A stretch of DNA of 64,000 nt from Macrostomum lignano (GCA_002269645.1 NIVC01000449.1:186001-250000); one strand, 5' to 3'. Counted from the first letter of the stretch, positions 20,613-61,110 are shown. Notes: generated by a model from the letters alone, not told the origin. Translations and numbers: made by a program.

Positions 20613-21985
20613 TCAATCCAGCCGCCAGTCAACTGCAGGGCCCGCAGTCAGTGCGGCGTTGGCCTTTGAAAAATGCCGACAGCCGTTGAAGGCGCCGCAG
20701 GCGGCAGGCGACGGGTGCGCGGCGGTGAGGATCACGTGACTGGGCCCGCAGCTCAGCAGGGGGGCCTTGGCCTGGGCCGGTTTGCCCCACAGCAGGAACA
20801 CCAGGGGCTGCCTGGCGTTGGCGCACAGCAGCCTCAGCACCTCGTCGGTGAAGGCGGCCCAGCCCAGCTTGGCGTGGGAGCCGGGCTTGCCGGCGCTGCA
20901 ATGCACCGGGGGGGGGCTCAGCTCAGATGCGGCCACAACAACTGGAAACTGCAATGGCACCAGCAGCAGCAGCGCTCACCCCACAGTCAGCGCCGTATTC
21001 AGCAGCAGTACGCCCTGCCTCGCCCATTTCTCCAGACAGCCCGACTTCGGCGCCACGAAGCCTGGAATGTCGGCGGCGAGCTCCTTGAAGAGGTTCTTCA
21101 GCGTTGGTGGCAGCGACTCGTTGCCCGAGAAGGAGAAGGCGAGTCCGTCTGCCTGGGGAAGCCAAGGGTTGGGGGGCATTGTGGGGGCGATGCAGGACTG
21201 ATGAGCTGTGGCACTTGAGATGAAGGAAAGAGGGATCAAAGGATTTGGGAGGGCAAACATCAAAGAATATCGGCTGGCGGCAAACATCAGAGATTGTTGG
21301 TGGCGGCAAACATCAAAGAGTTTGGGAAACGGCAAACATCAAAGAATTTGGTTGGCGGCAGACATCAAAGAATTTGGATGGGCGGCAGACATCAAATAAT
21401 TTGGGAAGCGGCAAACATCAAAGAATTTGGGTGGGCGGCAAACATCAATAAGAATTTGGATGTCGGCAAACAGCAAAGAGTTTGGGCGGCGGCATACATC
21501 AAAGGACTCAAGGAAACGTGAAAATGATAAGCCAGTCACCCCAGAGCCCCTACCTGCCCAGGCCCGTGATAAGGGTCCTGGCCAAGGATGACCACCCGAA
21601 CGGAGTCCAGAGGTGTCAGATTGAAGGCCCGCAGCACGCAGCTGACCGGCGGATAAATGACCTCCCCATCAGCCTGGCGAGCTGCCAGCTTGTCAATCAA
21701 AGCCCGCCAGCTGTCTGTCTGGAACAGCGGCTGCAGCAGCCGCCGCCAGCCCGGATCTGTCAGGGTGCCGGGCAAGTCGGCGAAAGGATTCATCGCGGAA
21801 GCAGCTGTGCCGAAATTTTTTGTTTTTGCAGATTTCTCTGCTTTTTTAGATTTCTCTGCGTTTGCAGACTTATCTGCTTTTGCAGATTTCTGTGCTTTTG
21901 CCACCTTGGCGTCTGGGGCAGTTTTGGCTGATTCTGCTAAAGCCTTTCTTTTATTTGTGTTTCTTCGAGTTGTCTTTGGTGGCAT
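20613..21985 (-). CDS. UNG: Uracil-DNA glycosylase (family 1). Exons 21985-21554, 21152-20980, 20895-20613 (295 aa)
   Basis: Motifs [14 protein letters not shown]|[61 protein letters not shown] introns in phase 0 and phase 2 give a continuous 888 nt ORF. Confidence 0.95.
21245..21505. repeat. About 26-bp minisatellite, 10 copies, in UNG intron 1
   Basis: Unit approximately tggcggcaaacatcaaagaatttgg. Confidence 0.9.
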
Positions 21986-22244
21986 GTCTGCTGCTTTTGC
22001 TGTGAGCTAGCGTTATCTAATCTGCATAAATAAATGCAGTTAGTAAATTAAAAAAGGCAGAAATGCGAAGAACTAACGATCTTTACGTAATCTTGTGCTC
22101 CTATCTGGCAAACGAGCTGGCTGCTGACTTCTCAAGTGAGTTATTTTTAGTCTCTACATGTGCAAACGAACTTTTAAGCTCTTTCACCATTTACTAAAAA
22201 TATGTGTTAGACGTGAGTTGACTTTCTACGTAAGATTATTGACT

Positions 22245-23010
22245 CATCAACACACACTGAGCGAGATTATTCAGTCATAAACACACACTGGGGGTGAGAT
22301 TATCGACTCATCAATACACACTGGGGTAAAATTATCCAGACATCAATACACACTGGGGTGAGATTATCCAGTCATCAATACACACTGTGGTGAGATTATC
22401 CAGTTCTCAACACACACTGGGGTGAGATTATCCAGTTCTCAACACACACAGTGGTGAGATTATCCAGTCATCAACACACACTGGGGTGAGATTATCCAAT
22501 CATCAACACACACTGGGGTGAAATTATACAGTCATCAACACACACTGGGGTGAGATTATCCAGTCATCAACACACACACTGGGGTGAGATTATCCAATCA
22601 TCAACACACACTGGGGTGAGATTATCCAGTCATCAACACACACTGGGTAAGATTATCCAGTCATCAACACACACTGGGGTGAGAATATCCAGTCATCAAC
22701 ACACATTGGGGTGAGACTATCCAGTCATCAACACACACTGGGGTAAGATTATCCAGTCATCAACACACACTGGGGTGAGAATATCCAGTCATCAACACAC
22801 ATTGGGGTGAGATTATCCAGTCATCAACACACACTGGGGTGAGATTATCCAGTCATCAACACACATTGGGGTGAGACTATCCAGTCATCAACACACACTG
22901 GGGTAAGATTATCCAGTCATCAACACACACTGGGGTGAGAATATCCAGTCATCAACACACATTGGGGTGAGATTATCCAGTCATCAACACACACTGGGGT
23001 GAGATTATCA
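22245..23010. repeat. 32-bp minisatellite, about 24 copies, upstream of UNG
   Basis: Unit atcaacacacactggggtgagattatccagtc, head-to-tail. Confidence 0.95.
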
Positions 23011-24690
23011 TAACGGCAGCTTAAGAGCCCCGCAAAGAGCACACAGAAGTAAATGAAAATCCTTACGCATTCATTACAATCTTGTATCGAGTCATATTTG
23101 CTAAGTTGACTAATCAAATTAAATAAAGCAACCGAAAAGCTACTCAAATCAGGTTTATAGATGAGCACACGAGCTCAAATCGATGTTATATTTTATTTAT
23201 TTTGGTGAGCCTTGAGAGCGGTACACGGCAATCGCTAAAGTACAAAATGACATCGAATTGGAGATGAATCTGGTTAAGCTGGATAATCTATGCATAATTA
23301 ATATGACGATATTAGCACTCTTGCACTTTAAAATTGTTCGCCTCGGTTCATTGGGGTCAAATAAGGTCAGACAGGGTGATAAAAGACAGGGCAGAAGGTA
23401 AAAACCATATATTAAAGTATTAGTTACAATTATTTTTTCATTTTTAGTCGAATAAAAAGCAAATATTTGGGAGAATAAAAACTTCATTAATATTTTCGGT
23501 TGCAATAATATCGTAGACGGCATTCAGTATGGCATTAAAGTTACTGCAGGACTCAGAATTACTGCATGCAGGCAGGCGGACAAAACTCTGGTAGACGCAA
23601 TGAGGTTGCGAGGTGTTCCGACAGACAAATCTGAACAGCAATGACCATCTGTGACTACTCAAAATACAAAAGTAGTAGAGCTTGAAAAAGAACTGACAAA
23701 AATAACGACTATGTGATGCAAAAAAAGACAATGCATTTTTTTATAGAAACTGATAATATTGATAATGATAATTAATACACTGATGTTAGAACTGCACTAC
23801 TGTTTTCAACAGATTTAGTAGTAGTAATACTAGAATTTTATGTTTGACAATGCAAAAGTGCAATAAGTATAATACAAATGATATTTAATGATGTACTTTA
23901 ACGACTTGCGTGCACTTTTATGACGTCTGATGTACTTTACGTTGTCAGATGCACTTTTTTGTTAGAAGCGTGAAAAGAAATATCTATCTGACCAAACATG
24001 GCAATTGTAATTACAAGTAAAATCATATTATTAGGTAAACAAAAAGTACTGTGAATACTAGGATGGGACAAGTTCAGGCAATAGTTGATGGAAAAAATAA
24101 AATTTCAATTTTCATTGCAGATCTCTAAAGAGAATTGAAGCAAATTGCAAAATTTTTTGTGTAAAACATTTATAAAAAGCCAACGATCTTTTACAGTCGA
24201 CATTTAACTTGCGCACTACTTGCAGTAGCTGAACAAGCACATGCACTTTTATGTACATAAAAATGCGATTAGAATATTGGGGATAAGCATATGGGCCAAG
24301 CAATTGAAGGGGCAAGTTTTAATATAACTGATTTAACGATCACATGTTATGAGTGTGACAGATGGCGCACAGTAAATCACATGCTTTTATCTGATTTAAT
24401 CACATTGGATTGAGTTGCGTAATTGAAAGCAATGCAAAAATAAGGGTTCAGTTTAGGGAAAGTTTAAGCACAGCAAAAATATTTTATATTAGCAACCAGC
24501 AACTAAAATCATGCGAGAAACTTTTTTTAAGCTGGGTCTCTACGCCTTCGGTAAAGCTATTTTAAACAGAAAATACTGCTAACTACTCATAGTAATGCTA
24601 GCAAACATTGCTGAAACACTTGACAATATAACAGTTGTAAACACTTAAACTACCCCATATTTAGTAGGATCGGATTGGTGTGTGATAGGA

Positions 24691-25042
24691 TGGGCGAATT
24701 ATGATTGGTCAGGAGCCAGTGTACATTTTGGGGTGGTGGGTGCATGGGCGAATTCTGATTGGTCAGGAGCCAGTGTACATTTTGGGGTGGTAGGTGCATG
24801 GGCGAATTCTGATTGGCCAGGAGCCAGTGTACATTTTGGGGTGGTGGGTGCATGGGCGAATTCTGATTGGTCAGGAGCCAAGTGTACATAGTAGAGCGGT
24901 GGGTGCATGTTCGAGTTCTGATTGGCCAGGAGCCAGTGTACATTTTGGGGAGGTGGGTACATAGGCGAATTCTGATTGGTCAGGAGCCAGTGTTAATTTG
25001 GGGTGGTGGGTACATAAGCGAATTCTGATTGGTCAGGAGCTA
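24691..25042. repeat. 54-bp minisatellite, about 6.5 copies, each with a CCAAT box
   Basis: Unit ttctgattggtcaggagccagtgtacattttggggtggtgggtgcatgggcgaa. Confidence 0.9.
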
Positions 25043-25149
25043 GAGAACCGAACAAACACGACAGACAGTGAAAATTCAGCTTCAAGTTCTTGCCACTACA
25101 GGCAAACAGTCTGCAGCAAAAAGCAGTTCTCACCAAAGCAGTCCAGAAG

Positions 25150-52959
<27,810 letters not shown>

Positions 52960-54932
52960 ACTTTTGTTAACTTGGTATGTTTGTCTTTCTGTCAAACCTG
53001 CTATTATTTTATATTAGTTGCATGAAACAAAAAAAAATTATATAAAATTAAAAAAGCAATTTATCTATCAAATTTTACATAGTTATCAAATAAATTAAAA
53101 TATATACGAGGGATGTCCAGAAAATAGTGTTACTTTTACTTGTAGCAGACATTTGGTAAGTTGCATTAATACAAGTTTGGTGTTGTTTGAAAGTGGTAAG
53201 TTTCTTCTTTAAAATGACTTGAATTGCAATTGATTTGGATTTATATTTTAAGAGATATGTGCACTTAAATAGAGGAAAAAATCTTTAAAATTATATATAA
53301 TAGAATTAGGGGTATAAATGCTGTTTCTGCATTATACTATTTTTCATAAAATTATAAGATAGCATATTGCAAAGAAGTAAACTATTGCAGATTTGTAAGT
53401 CTCACAAAGTTTATAAAAGTTTAGGAAATTTTTGCTATCAAAGATTACTAATTGGAATTATTGTTGTCAGTACAAGTAGATATTTGGCAATTGTGTTGCT
53501 TTGCATTGTAGCTGAAAAAAGCTTTCATTGTAGTCAAGCTTTAGCCTCTAGACTATGCTAGATATCCTCCTTTCTTATGCTAACCTTGCATTAGATAATA
53601 TCCTCTATATACTAAAGCTGACGTCGTGGTCCGGTGGTAGGGTGGGCCGGTGGGCCGGGTTTGTCGACGATCTCCTCCTAGGATTCTTGCAACTCAACTT
53701 TCAAACCGGTACCAAAACATGTCAAATGTCCCGACGATGCTACAATTTAAAATTCATTTTCAAATTTCAATTTTAAGTGCTTCAAAAAAGCAGAAAACAG
53801 CACAAACCAGACAGCCAGACCAGATGTCTATATATCGCATTCCATGGACTTCCCACTTGACGCTATTTTGTATGGTTGCGCCACAACTTTTCTCCTATCT
53901 CTGCAGTGTATTTCATTTCAGCTGGGGGAGGGTCGCCGGCACTTGAGAATTGGCGGCCTACTTGCTCAGTGTTAAAAAGGGGTGGAGGTGCACACTGCGC
54001 GAGAATGGATGGCTTGATTTTTTAACTCATCACAGAGTGTACATTGCGCTCTGCAAGTAAGAAACGGGAAAACTTGCACCTTAATTTCTGCTTTAAGGTT
54101 GGGAAGATTGGAAATTATCCGAGGTCGGCTATAGGCTATTTTAATTCTGAAATTTTAATTTCTAAGATCCTCAAAAAAAGCAGAAAACTGCCTTTTTGAC
54201 CCCCAATAACCTTCTTTTGCTACTCTGCCTGGGGCTTCAGCCAGTTTGTAAAAATAGCCACCCCAACCTCCGCCCGCGGGCCGCTGTGTATTGAGGGTGG
54301 TGGGTGCGCGTGTTCTGCGTTCAATGCAAATAAAACCCCCGCGAGTTGAGGGGTTGAGTTAAATTTAATGATTCCCCCGGAACGGGGGGTTGGGCTTGGG
54401 CTGAGTGTACATAGCTGTTGTAAACAGATAGAACTGTGCCGAGATTCAATTGGTTTTATTATCGGCCCTGTGTATTAGCTGGGCAGTGAATTTCAATGAA
54501 TAAACTTGCGAGCTTCTCTAGCAAGCAGTTGGGAAATCGGTAAATTTCAAACGCTAACTGTTCCTCGAGTTTTAAACTTTGAGAAGAGAAACTTATATTG
54601 CTGGAAAGATCTTGCAACGCTGAGTTCGGGGATATAAGTTGTTTGCTTTAAATATGAAAAGAAAAAGCACAGCATTTGAAAAACTATTTCCATACTTTTA
54701 ACTTTCTGCAAAGATTGTACTCAGTTTTGCGAGACGTAATAGATAAAGTTGGGGGGAGGGTTCAACTTCTCACTGCTGCTGTGTATTGGAGGGTTGATTT
54801 AGATTGCGCAATGTTTTTGTTAACTTTAACTGAGACTGGTACTGACTGACTGTGAAATCGGTTGCGCAATGAATTGATTCAATTAGTTCAATATTCTTAT
54901 CAGTGCCTTTTAACACAAACCTGTGCGTAGTT

Positions 54933-54962
54933 CTAACCCTAACCCTAACCCTAACCCTAACC
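54933..54962 (-). repeat. Interstitial telomere-type tract, 5 x TTAGGG-type unit on the minus strand
   Basis: (ctaacc)5 on the plus strand. Confidence 0.85.
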
Positions 54963-55239
54963 AATGAATCCGGAGTTGAGTTGTTTGACGGAAAAAATTC
55001 GATTGAGTCCAGTTTAGCGGAGACGATTTCAATGTTTTAATTTTGACGGAGAGAATTTCTGTTTCGTGGAGATAATTTATGATTGATTTCTGTTTTATGG
55101 AGACCATTTTGATGGATTTAAGTTTCAAGGAGAGGATTTCGAAGGAGTCCAGTTTCACGGAGAGGATTTCGATGGTTTTCAGTTGCACGGACAGGATTTC
55201 TGCTTCGCGCGGAGAGGATCTTGATGGATTTGGCATCTT

Positions 55240-56200
55240 CAATCAGTTAGAGAAGAGAGTAAAAAGAAGAATGAAAAGAGAAGAGAGATGAGATGATAGA
55301 AAACAGAGTAGAAATGAGTGGAGAGATTAGACATGACAGATGGGAGAAAAAAGGGGAGTAAGGCGGGAACGAAGGAGAGAGAAGAGAAGAGGAGAGAGGA
55401 GATGAGAGGGGAGATATGAGATAGCAAAGGGATACAAGAGAGATAATAGGAGAGAGAATAGATGAGGGATAAGAGCGTACAGAGGAAATAGAAGATAGGG
55501 AAGAGTAGAGGAGAAAGAAAGAGTGAGATGAGGGGATGAGGGATGAGAGAGCAGGGGAGAGAGGAGAGAGAAGAGAGGAGAAAAGAGGGGAGAAAGGAGA
55601 GAGAAGCGAAAGGAGAAGAGAGAGAGGAGAGAGGAGAGAGATGAAAGATCATAGATGAGAGAGTTAAGAGAGGAAAGTAGTGCGGAGAGGAGAGATGAGA
55701 GATGCGATGAGAAGAGATGCGTGAGAACATAAGAGAGAAGAGATTAGAGATTAGAGATTAGAGAAGAGAGGGGAGAAGATGAAAGGAGCAAGGAGAGGAG
55801 AAAAGAGAGAATGGAGAGGATAGAAAAGAGAGAAGAGAAGAGACAGGGGATAGTGGAAAGAAGGAAAGAAAGATGGGAGACAAGAAAGTAGAGTGTGAGA
55901 GCGTATTTGAGATATGAGAAATGAGAGCTGAGAGAAGAGAAAAGAGAAGAGAGAGAGAGGGTTAAGAGAGACGATAGATAAGTGAGTAGAGATGATATAT
56001 GAGAGAGAAGAGAAGAGGGAGAGATAAGAGAGAAGAGAGGAGACAGGAGACAGGAGAGGGTACAGACGAAAGACGAGGGAGAAGAGATAAATAAGGGAGT
56101 AGGGGTAGAGATAAGATGAGAGAGAGGAGAGAGAAGAGAGTCACGATAATAGCGAAGAGAGTAGAGAGGAGATATGATAGACGTGAGAGTCTTTGAGCTA
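55240..56200. repeat. GA-rich low-complexity tract
   Basis: Polypurine sequence without a fixed unit; source of Ser/Leu antisense ORFs. Confidence 0.9.
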
Positions 56201-56957
56201 TGGTCTTTTAAAGGTTTTGTAAAGAATTTGGAGACGATTTGGAAGATAGGGTTCAAGGCATGGAATTTCAGTTGATGGATATTTCAGGAAATGGAATTCC
56301 GGTGATGGGAGTTCTTCCCCTTTCTCCTCCGAAGGAGGAGTTCCACTCGTATATACTAAAAATGGTCTGTCTGTGTCTATCTATCTATCTATCTATGTGA
56401 TCGATTAGAGAAAAAATGGCTGGACCGATTTTGTTCGAACTTGCACTGTTCGATCAGAAATTTTCCCGTGACTGTACATGCATCGTGGCTAAGAAATTGC
56501 TCGATGCTAAAGGCATTAAATATTCGAAAAACATGCTTTTTTGCAAAGGTCAAGCAAACTTTTCGACTTGAAATGCATTGTAAGAATGCTAGAGAAAAAA
56601 CTGACTGGTTGAAGTCTGATTCTGAAATAGATTGCATCATAACTGAATTGTAACTCCGACTTGAATTGAAAATGCAGTGTGGAAGTGTGGAAATTGCGTA
56701 ACCATATTGTTAACTGATACTGACTGACTGAGAAACTGATTATGTCATAACTGCTTCATGTGATTTACTCTATGCTTGGATTTAAAAGTGTTGAGTTATA
56801 TAAGTGCAAAAGTTGATGTTATCAAAACGATGAGAGCTAGCCTAAAGGTGAACAAATTGAACTGCTAAATGCAGTGACGATGGTTTGAATTTTCATAGAG
56901 TATAATTTTTTTAATTAAAGCTTTTCAACGTCAGGAAAACTAAAAGACTTTTTAAAA

Positions 56958-57905
56958 AGAAGCATCATGTAAAAATCATAGAAGCGTCATTTACAAAATC
57001 ATAGAAGCATCATTTAAAAAATCATAGAAGCGTCATGTAAACAATCATAGAAGCGTCATTTAAAAAATCATAGAAGCGTCATTTAAAAAATCATAGAAGC
57101 GTCATGTAAAAAATCATAGAAGCGTCATGTTAAAAATCATAGAAGCATCATTTAAAAAATCATAGAAGCGTCATGTAAACAATCATAGAAGCGTCATGTA
57201 AACAATCATAGAAGCGTCATGTAAACAATCATAGAAGCGTCATGTAAACAATCATAGAAGCGTCATGTAAACAATCATAGAAGCGTCATGTAAACAATCA
57301 TAGAAGCGTCATGTAAACAATCATAGAAGCGTCATGTAAAAAATCATAGAAGCGTCATGTAAAAAATCATAGAAGCGTCATTAAAAAATCATAGAAGCGT
57401 CTTTTAAAAAATCGTAGAAGCGTCATGTAAACAATCATAGAAGCGTCATGTAAACAATCATAGAAGCGTCATGTAAACAATCATAGAAGCGTCATATAAA
57501 AATCGTAGAAGCGTCATGTAAACAATCATAGAAGCGTCATGTAAAAAATCGTAGAAGCGTCATGTAAAAAATCATAGAAGCATCATGTAAACAATCATAG
57601 AAGCGTCATGTAAACAATCATAGAAGCCTCATTTAAAAAATCATAGAAGCGTCATTTAAAAAATCATAGAAGCGTCATGTAAACAATCATAGAAGCGTCA
57701 TGTAAACAATCATAGAAGCGTCATTTAAAAATCATAGAAGCGTCATTTAAAAAATCATAGAAGCGTCATGTAAACAATCATAGAAGCGTCATGTAAACAA
57801 TCATAGAAGCGTCATGTAAAAATCATAGAAGCGTCATATAAAAATCATAAAAGCCTCATTTAAAAACTAATAAAAGTGTCATTTAAAAAATTAAGAAGCG
57901 TCACG
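56958..57905. repeat. 23-bp minisatellite, about 40 copies
   Basis: Unit aatcatagaagcgtcatgtaaac. Confidence 0.97.
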
Positions 57906-58709
57906 GTAGAATAAAAGAAACGTCATGTCAGACATGAAAGGTTCATGTAAAAATTAAATGCAACTATAATCCTGTGCTGGGGAGAAAAACTGAGACATAA
58001 AGGCTCTCAGAGAATAACTGAGATTACGGGGGGGGGGGTTTCTGAGATGTCAAAGCAAAAGTCAGAAGCTACTTCAAAGTTTATGTACTTTACACCATTT
58101 TTTTATTGCATTCTTTGTTGGCTCGTCACGGGGGGCGCTGATAGAAGAAAAGTCATGTAAAAAATAAAAGTAGCACTATGTATACATAAAGAAAAGTCAT
58201 GTCGAAGTTAAAAGATTCATTTGGGAATTGCTACGATGTCAAAGCTTGGTGGAAATCGTTATAGTGCTATGATTCTTAAAGAAAGAATCACTAAAATGTC
58301 AAGGCTTAGGGGAGAAGAATTGCTGAGATTTCAAGGCTTTAGGTTCGGTTAAAGTTAGGTTTAGGTCAGGTGTGGGTTGAGGGTTATATTTTATCGGGTT
58401 TCAAGGTTAACAGGGGATTTTTTAGATTTGAAGGTTTATGGGGGCCATTGCTGACATGTCAAGGCTTACGGGGGGAATAGCTGAGATGTCAAGGCTCACG
58501 GGGGTATAAATGAGATATCAAGGCTAAAGTCAGAAGCTACATGTAGTTTATTGAAAACTTTTTATTATATTATTTGATGCCTCCTCAGGGGAGGGATCGC
58601 TGATAAAAAAGCGTAATGTAAAAAATAAAAGAATCTTCATGTCGAAGTTAAGAGATTCATTTGGGAATCCATACGATGTTGAGGCTTGCAAGGAATCGCT
58701 ATAATGCTG

Positions 58710-59049
58710 CAGGGGCGTAGCCAGGAATTTTGTTTGGGGGGCCTTGAGTTAGGGGCGCCAGCTTCTTATAGGGGGGGGGGCGCCAGTTTCTTGTAGGGGG
58801 GGGCGCCAGTTTCTTTTAGGGGGGCGCCAGTTTCTTTTAGGGGGCGCCAGTTTCTTTTAGGGGGGTGCCAGTTTATTTTAGGGCAGGCGCCAGTTTTTTA
58901 TAGGGGGCGCCAGTTTCTTTTAGGAGGGGGGGTGCCAGTTTCTTTAAGGGGGGGCGCCAGTTTCTTTTAGGGGGAGGGGCGCCAAGGCCAGAGTTGGTGA
59001 TTATGGGATGGCCACGGCCCCCCTTGCGCCCCCTCTGGTTACGCCCCTG
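58710..59049. mobile_element. 340-bp MITE with 15-bp TIRs and 8-bp target-site duplication (hAT-like)
   Basis: Left end caggggcgtagccag; the right end reverse-complements to caggggcgtaaccag (14/15). taatgctg is duplicated at 58702-58709 and 59050-59057. The interior has about 9 copies of gggggcgccagtttcttttag. Confidence 0.9.
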
Positions 59050-59106
59050 TAATGCTGTAGTAGTGCTATAATGACTCTTAGAGAGAATTACTGAAATTTC
59101 AATGCT

Positions 59107-59153
59107 TTAGGGTTAGGGTTAGGGTTAGGGTTAGGCTAGGGTTAAGGTTAGAA
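59107..59153 (+). repeat. Interstitial telomere-type tract (TTAGGG)4 plus degenerate units
   Basis: Direct reading; a degenerate paralog lies at about 58338-58386. Confidence 0.85.
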
Positions 59154-60944
59154 GGTTGACAGATATTTTTAGATTTCCAAGGCTTATTGGGGGCATTGCT
59201 GAGATGTCAAGGGGGGAAGTTGATATGTTAAAGCTTGTGGGGGGGATAACTGACATGTCAAGGCTTACAAGGTTTGACAGGAGATTTTTTAAGATTTTAA
59301 GGATACATGTAGCTTATTAAAAAAACGTGTATTGCATTTCTTTGGCTCCCCAACGGGGGGCATAGATTGCTAGTCTATACTACCAACATACATGCATAAA
59401 CAGTTGGCTGAGTTGGCCAATCTGGCTGACCAATTTGGTAGCCAACCAAGGTGAGTTGCAAAAATGCATACTAGAAGGAATATATATGTAGTACTAATTA
59501 GATGATGAGGCTGTGAGGCATTTGGCCTTAATAGGACAGTAATAGTTACTCTTGCCATTTATCTTTTACAGGTAAGTTGCATTTTTGGCCAAAAACTATG
59601 TCATATTTTTTGTTAAAACAAGCAACATTTTTATTTTTAGTATATGGACTAAATCATATGGCTGACTGAATTTTGGAGGTTGTGCATGAATACATTTTCA
59701 ATTTGTTTTCAAGCAACATTTTCAATTTATTTACACTAAATTAGGAATGCTATAAAAGTTGTAAAATGGTGTTCATCTATCCTTATGCATGCTAGGTTTA
59801 ATAATAATAGGAATATATATAACAAAAATACAACAAATAAAAGTTGTAAAATACCTTACTTAACATAGTAGCCTACTAATGAATTGACTATGGATAGGAG
59901 ATGGGCCTAGTACTTAGTCTAGTCTTTTCTTGTGATTGTGATAATGTTTTGTTCTTTTGACTAATAATATTAGTAATATACCACAGCTATGACCTACTAA
60001 AGTTAAAGTAAGCCAAAGTCAGAGTGGTATGACATGGCAATGCAGCAGCAACAATGGTGTCTAGTAGATCAAGCCTAGGCCATGGCATGGCTCCTTTTTA
60101 GCTGGGGCCAAAAATTGTCATTTTTTTATCTTTTACCTTTCTAGAAGAGAGATATTAATATCAATTGAATAAATCTAAAAATAGACCTAATTTGATTAGA
60201 TTTGATCTGAGCTTATCTTTGATTTTAATCAATTGAGTAGGGGTTAGGTCTGAAGTTGGGGTTATTATCTGAGTGAGTTGGGGATATTACATGTGAAAGT
60301 CGAAAGTGTGAGCGACGGAAGAATTCTCTTCTATTTGTACTATCGATACGTGCAGGCACACAGTCGAGACTTAAAGCCAGATGGCATATAGCCCTATTTA
60401 AATCTGAAATTTAGCTCTTTAAGTTTTTGATCACAATAATAAAAAAATACAATTTCCAATCTTTATTCACGTTTACAAAGAACAAAGTTACAAGCGAATT
60501 GAATTTTTTGAATTAAATTGAAGTCTTTGAATTGTTACACTAGCTATAAGCTAACAGGGCAGGTCAGCCGACAGCCGCGCGCGTTGTTGCATGCAACTTT
60601 CGGTCGAAAGCGGTATTTCTTGTTTTGAATTAAGGGGAATTAAGCCAATGCACTAATTATATTACTTATAAGAAACATGTATCTTTAAAAAGCTTTTATT
60701 TGCACTGTTACACGAAGTAAAAAATAGTTTTAACATATGTATGTTCTTAAAAGCATTTCTGTTGTTTTACAGCTGATAAATCAATAAATTTCATACCGTA
60801 AAGAATGTATAGCCTATTACAACTGTGTTATCTACAATCAACAACGGCACTTTTGGGATTTATTTGCTGTAAAATGAATACGGGTATATGAATAGCAGAA
60901 AAATAGATTTCGATATTTTACTTTATTTTACTCGTATGCTTCAA

Positions 60945-61110
60945 ATAAGATCGGCTTCCAGGGCTCGCTCTGATCGCGTGTCGGTCGACGGCACAGCTTC
61001 CATGCTGTACAGGAGAATCAGCTCGACGGCCGTGCGGAACAGGCGCACCTTCAAGTCGTCTCTGGCAGCTGAATTGAAGATGTTCCTCGGGAGGTGTGTG
61101 GCGAATTTGA
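60945..61110 (-). mobile_element. Short RTE-like reverse-transcriptase C-terminal fragment
   Basis: DDLKVRLFRTAVELILLYSMEA matches the K.RLFR..VE..LLY..E motif following RT domain 7 in RTE/CR1-type elements. Confidence 0.55.

Noticed and set aside
20057-20689. His/Pro-rich 210-aa protein
   Set aside because: It is the translation of the 14/15-bp minisatellite, antisense to the UNG 3' end.
22245-23010. CRISPR-like array (32-bp repeats; also the 37-bp array at 18398-18900 and the 32-bp array at 26510-26940)
   Set aside because: Units are head-to-tail with no unique spacers, no leader and no cas genes; these are ordinary minisatellites.
54910-55242. 110-aa ORF with EILSVKL repeats
   Set aside because: It is a degenerate repeat of about 30 bp next to the telomere-type tract, with no splice or homology support.
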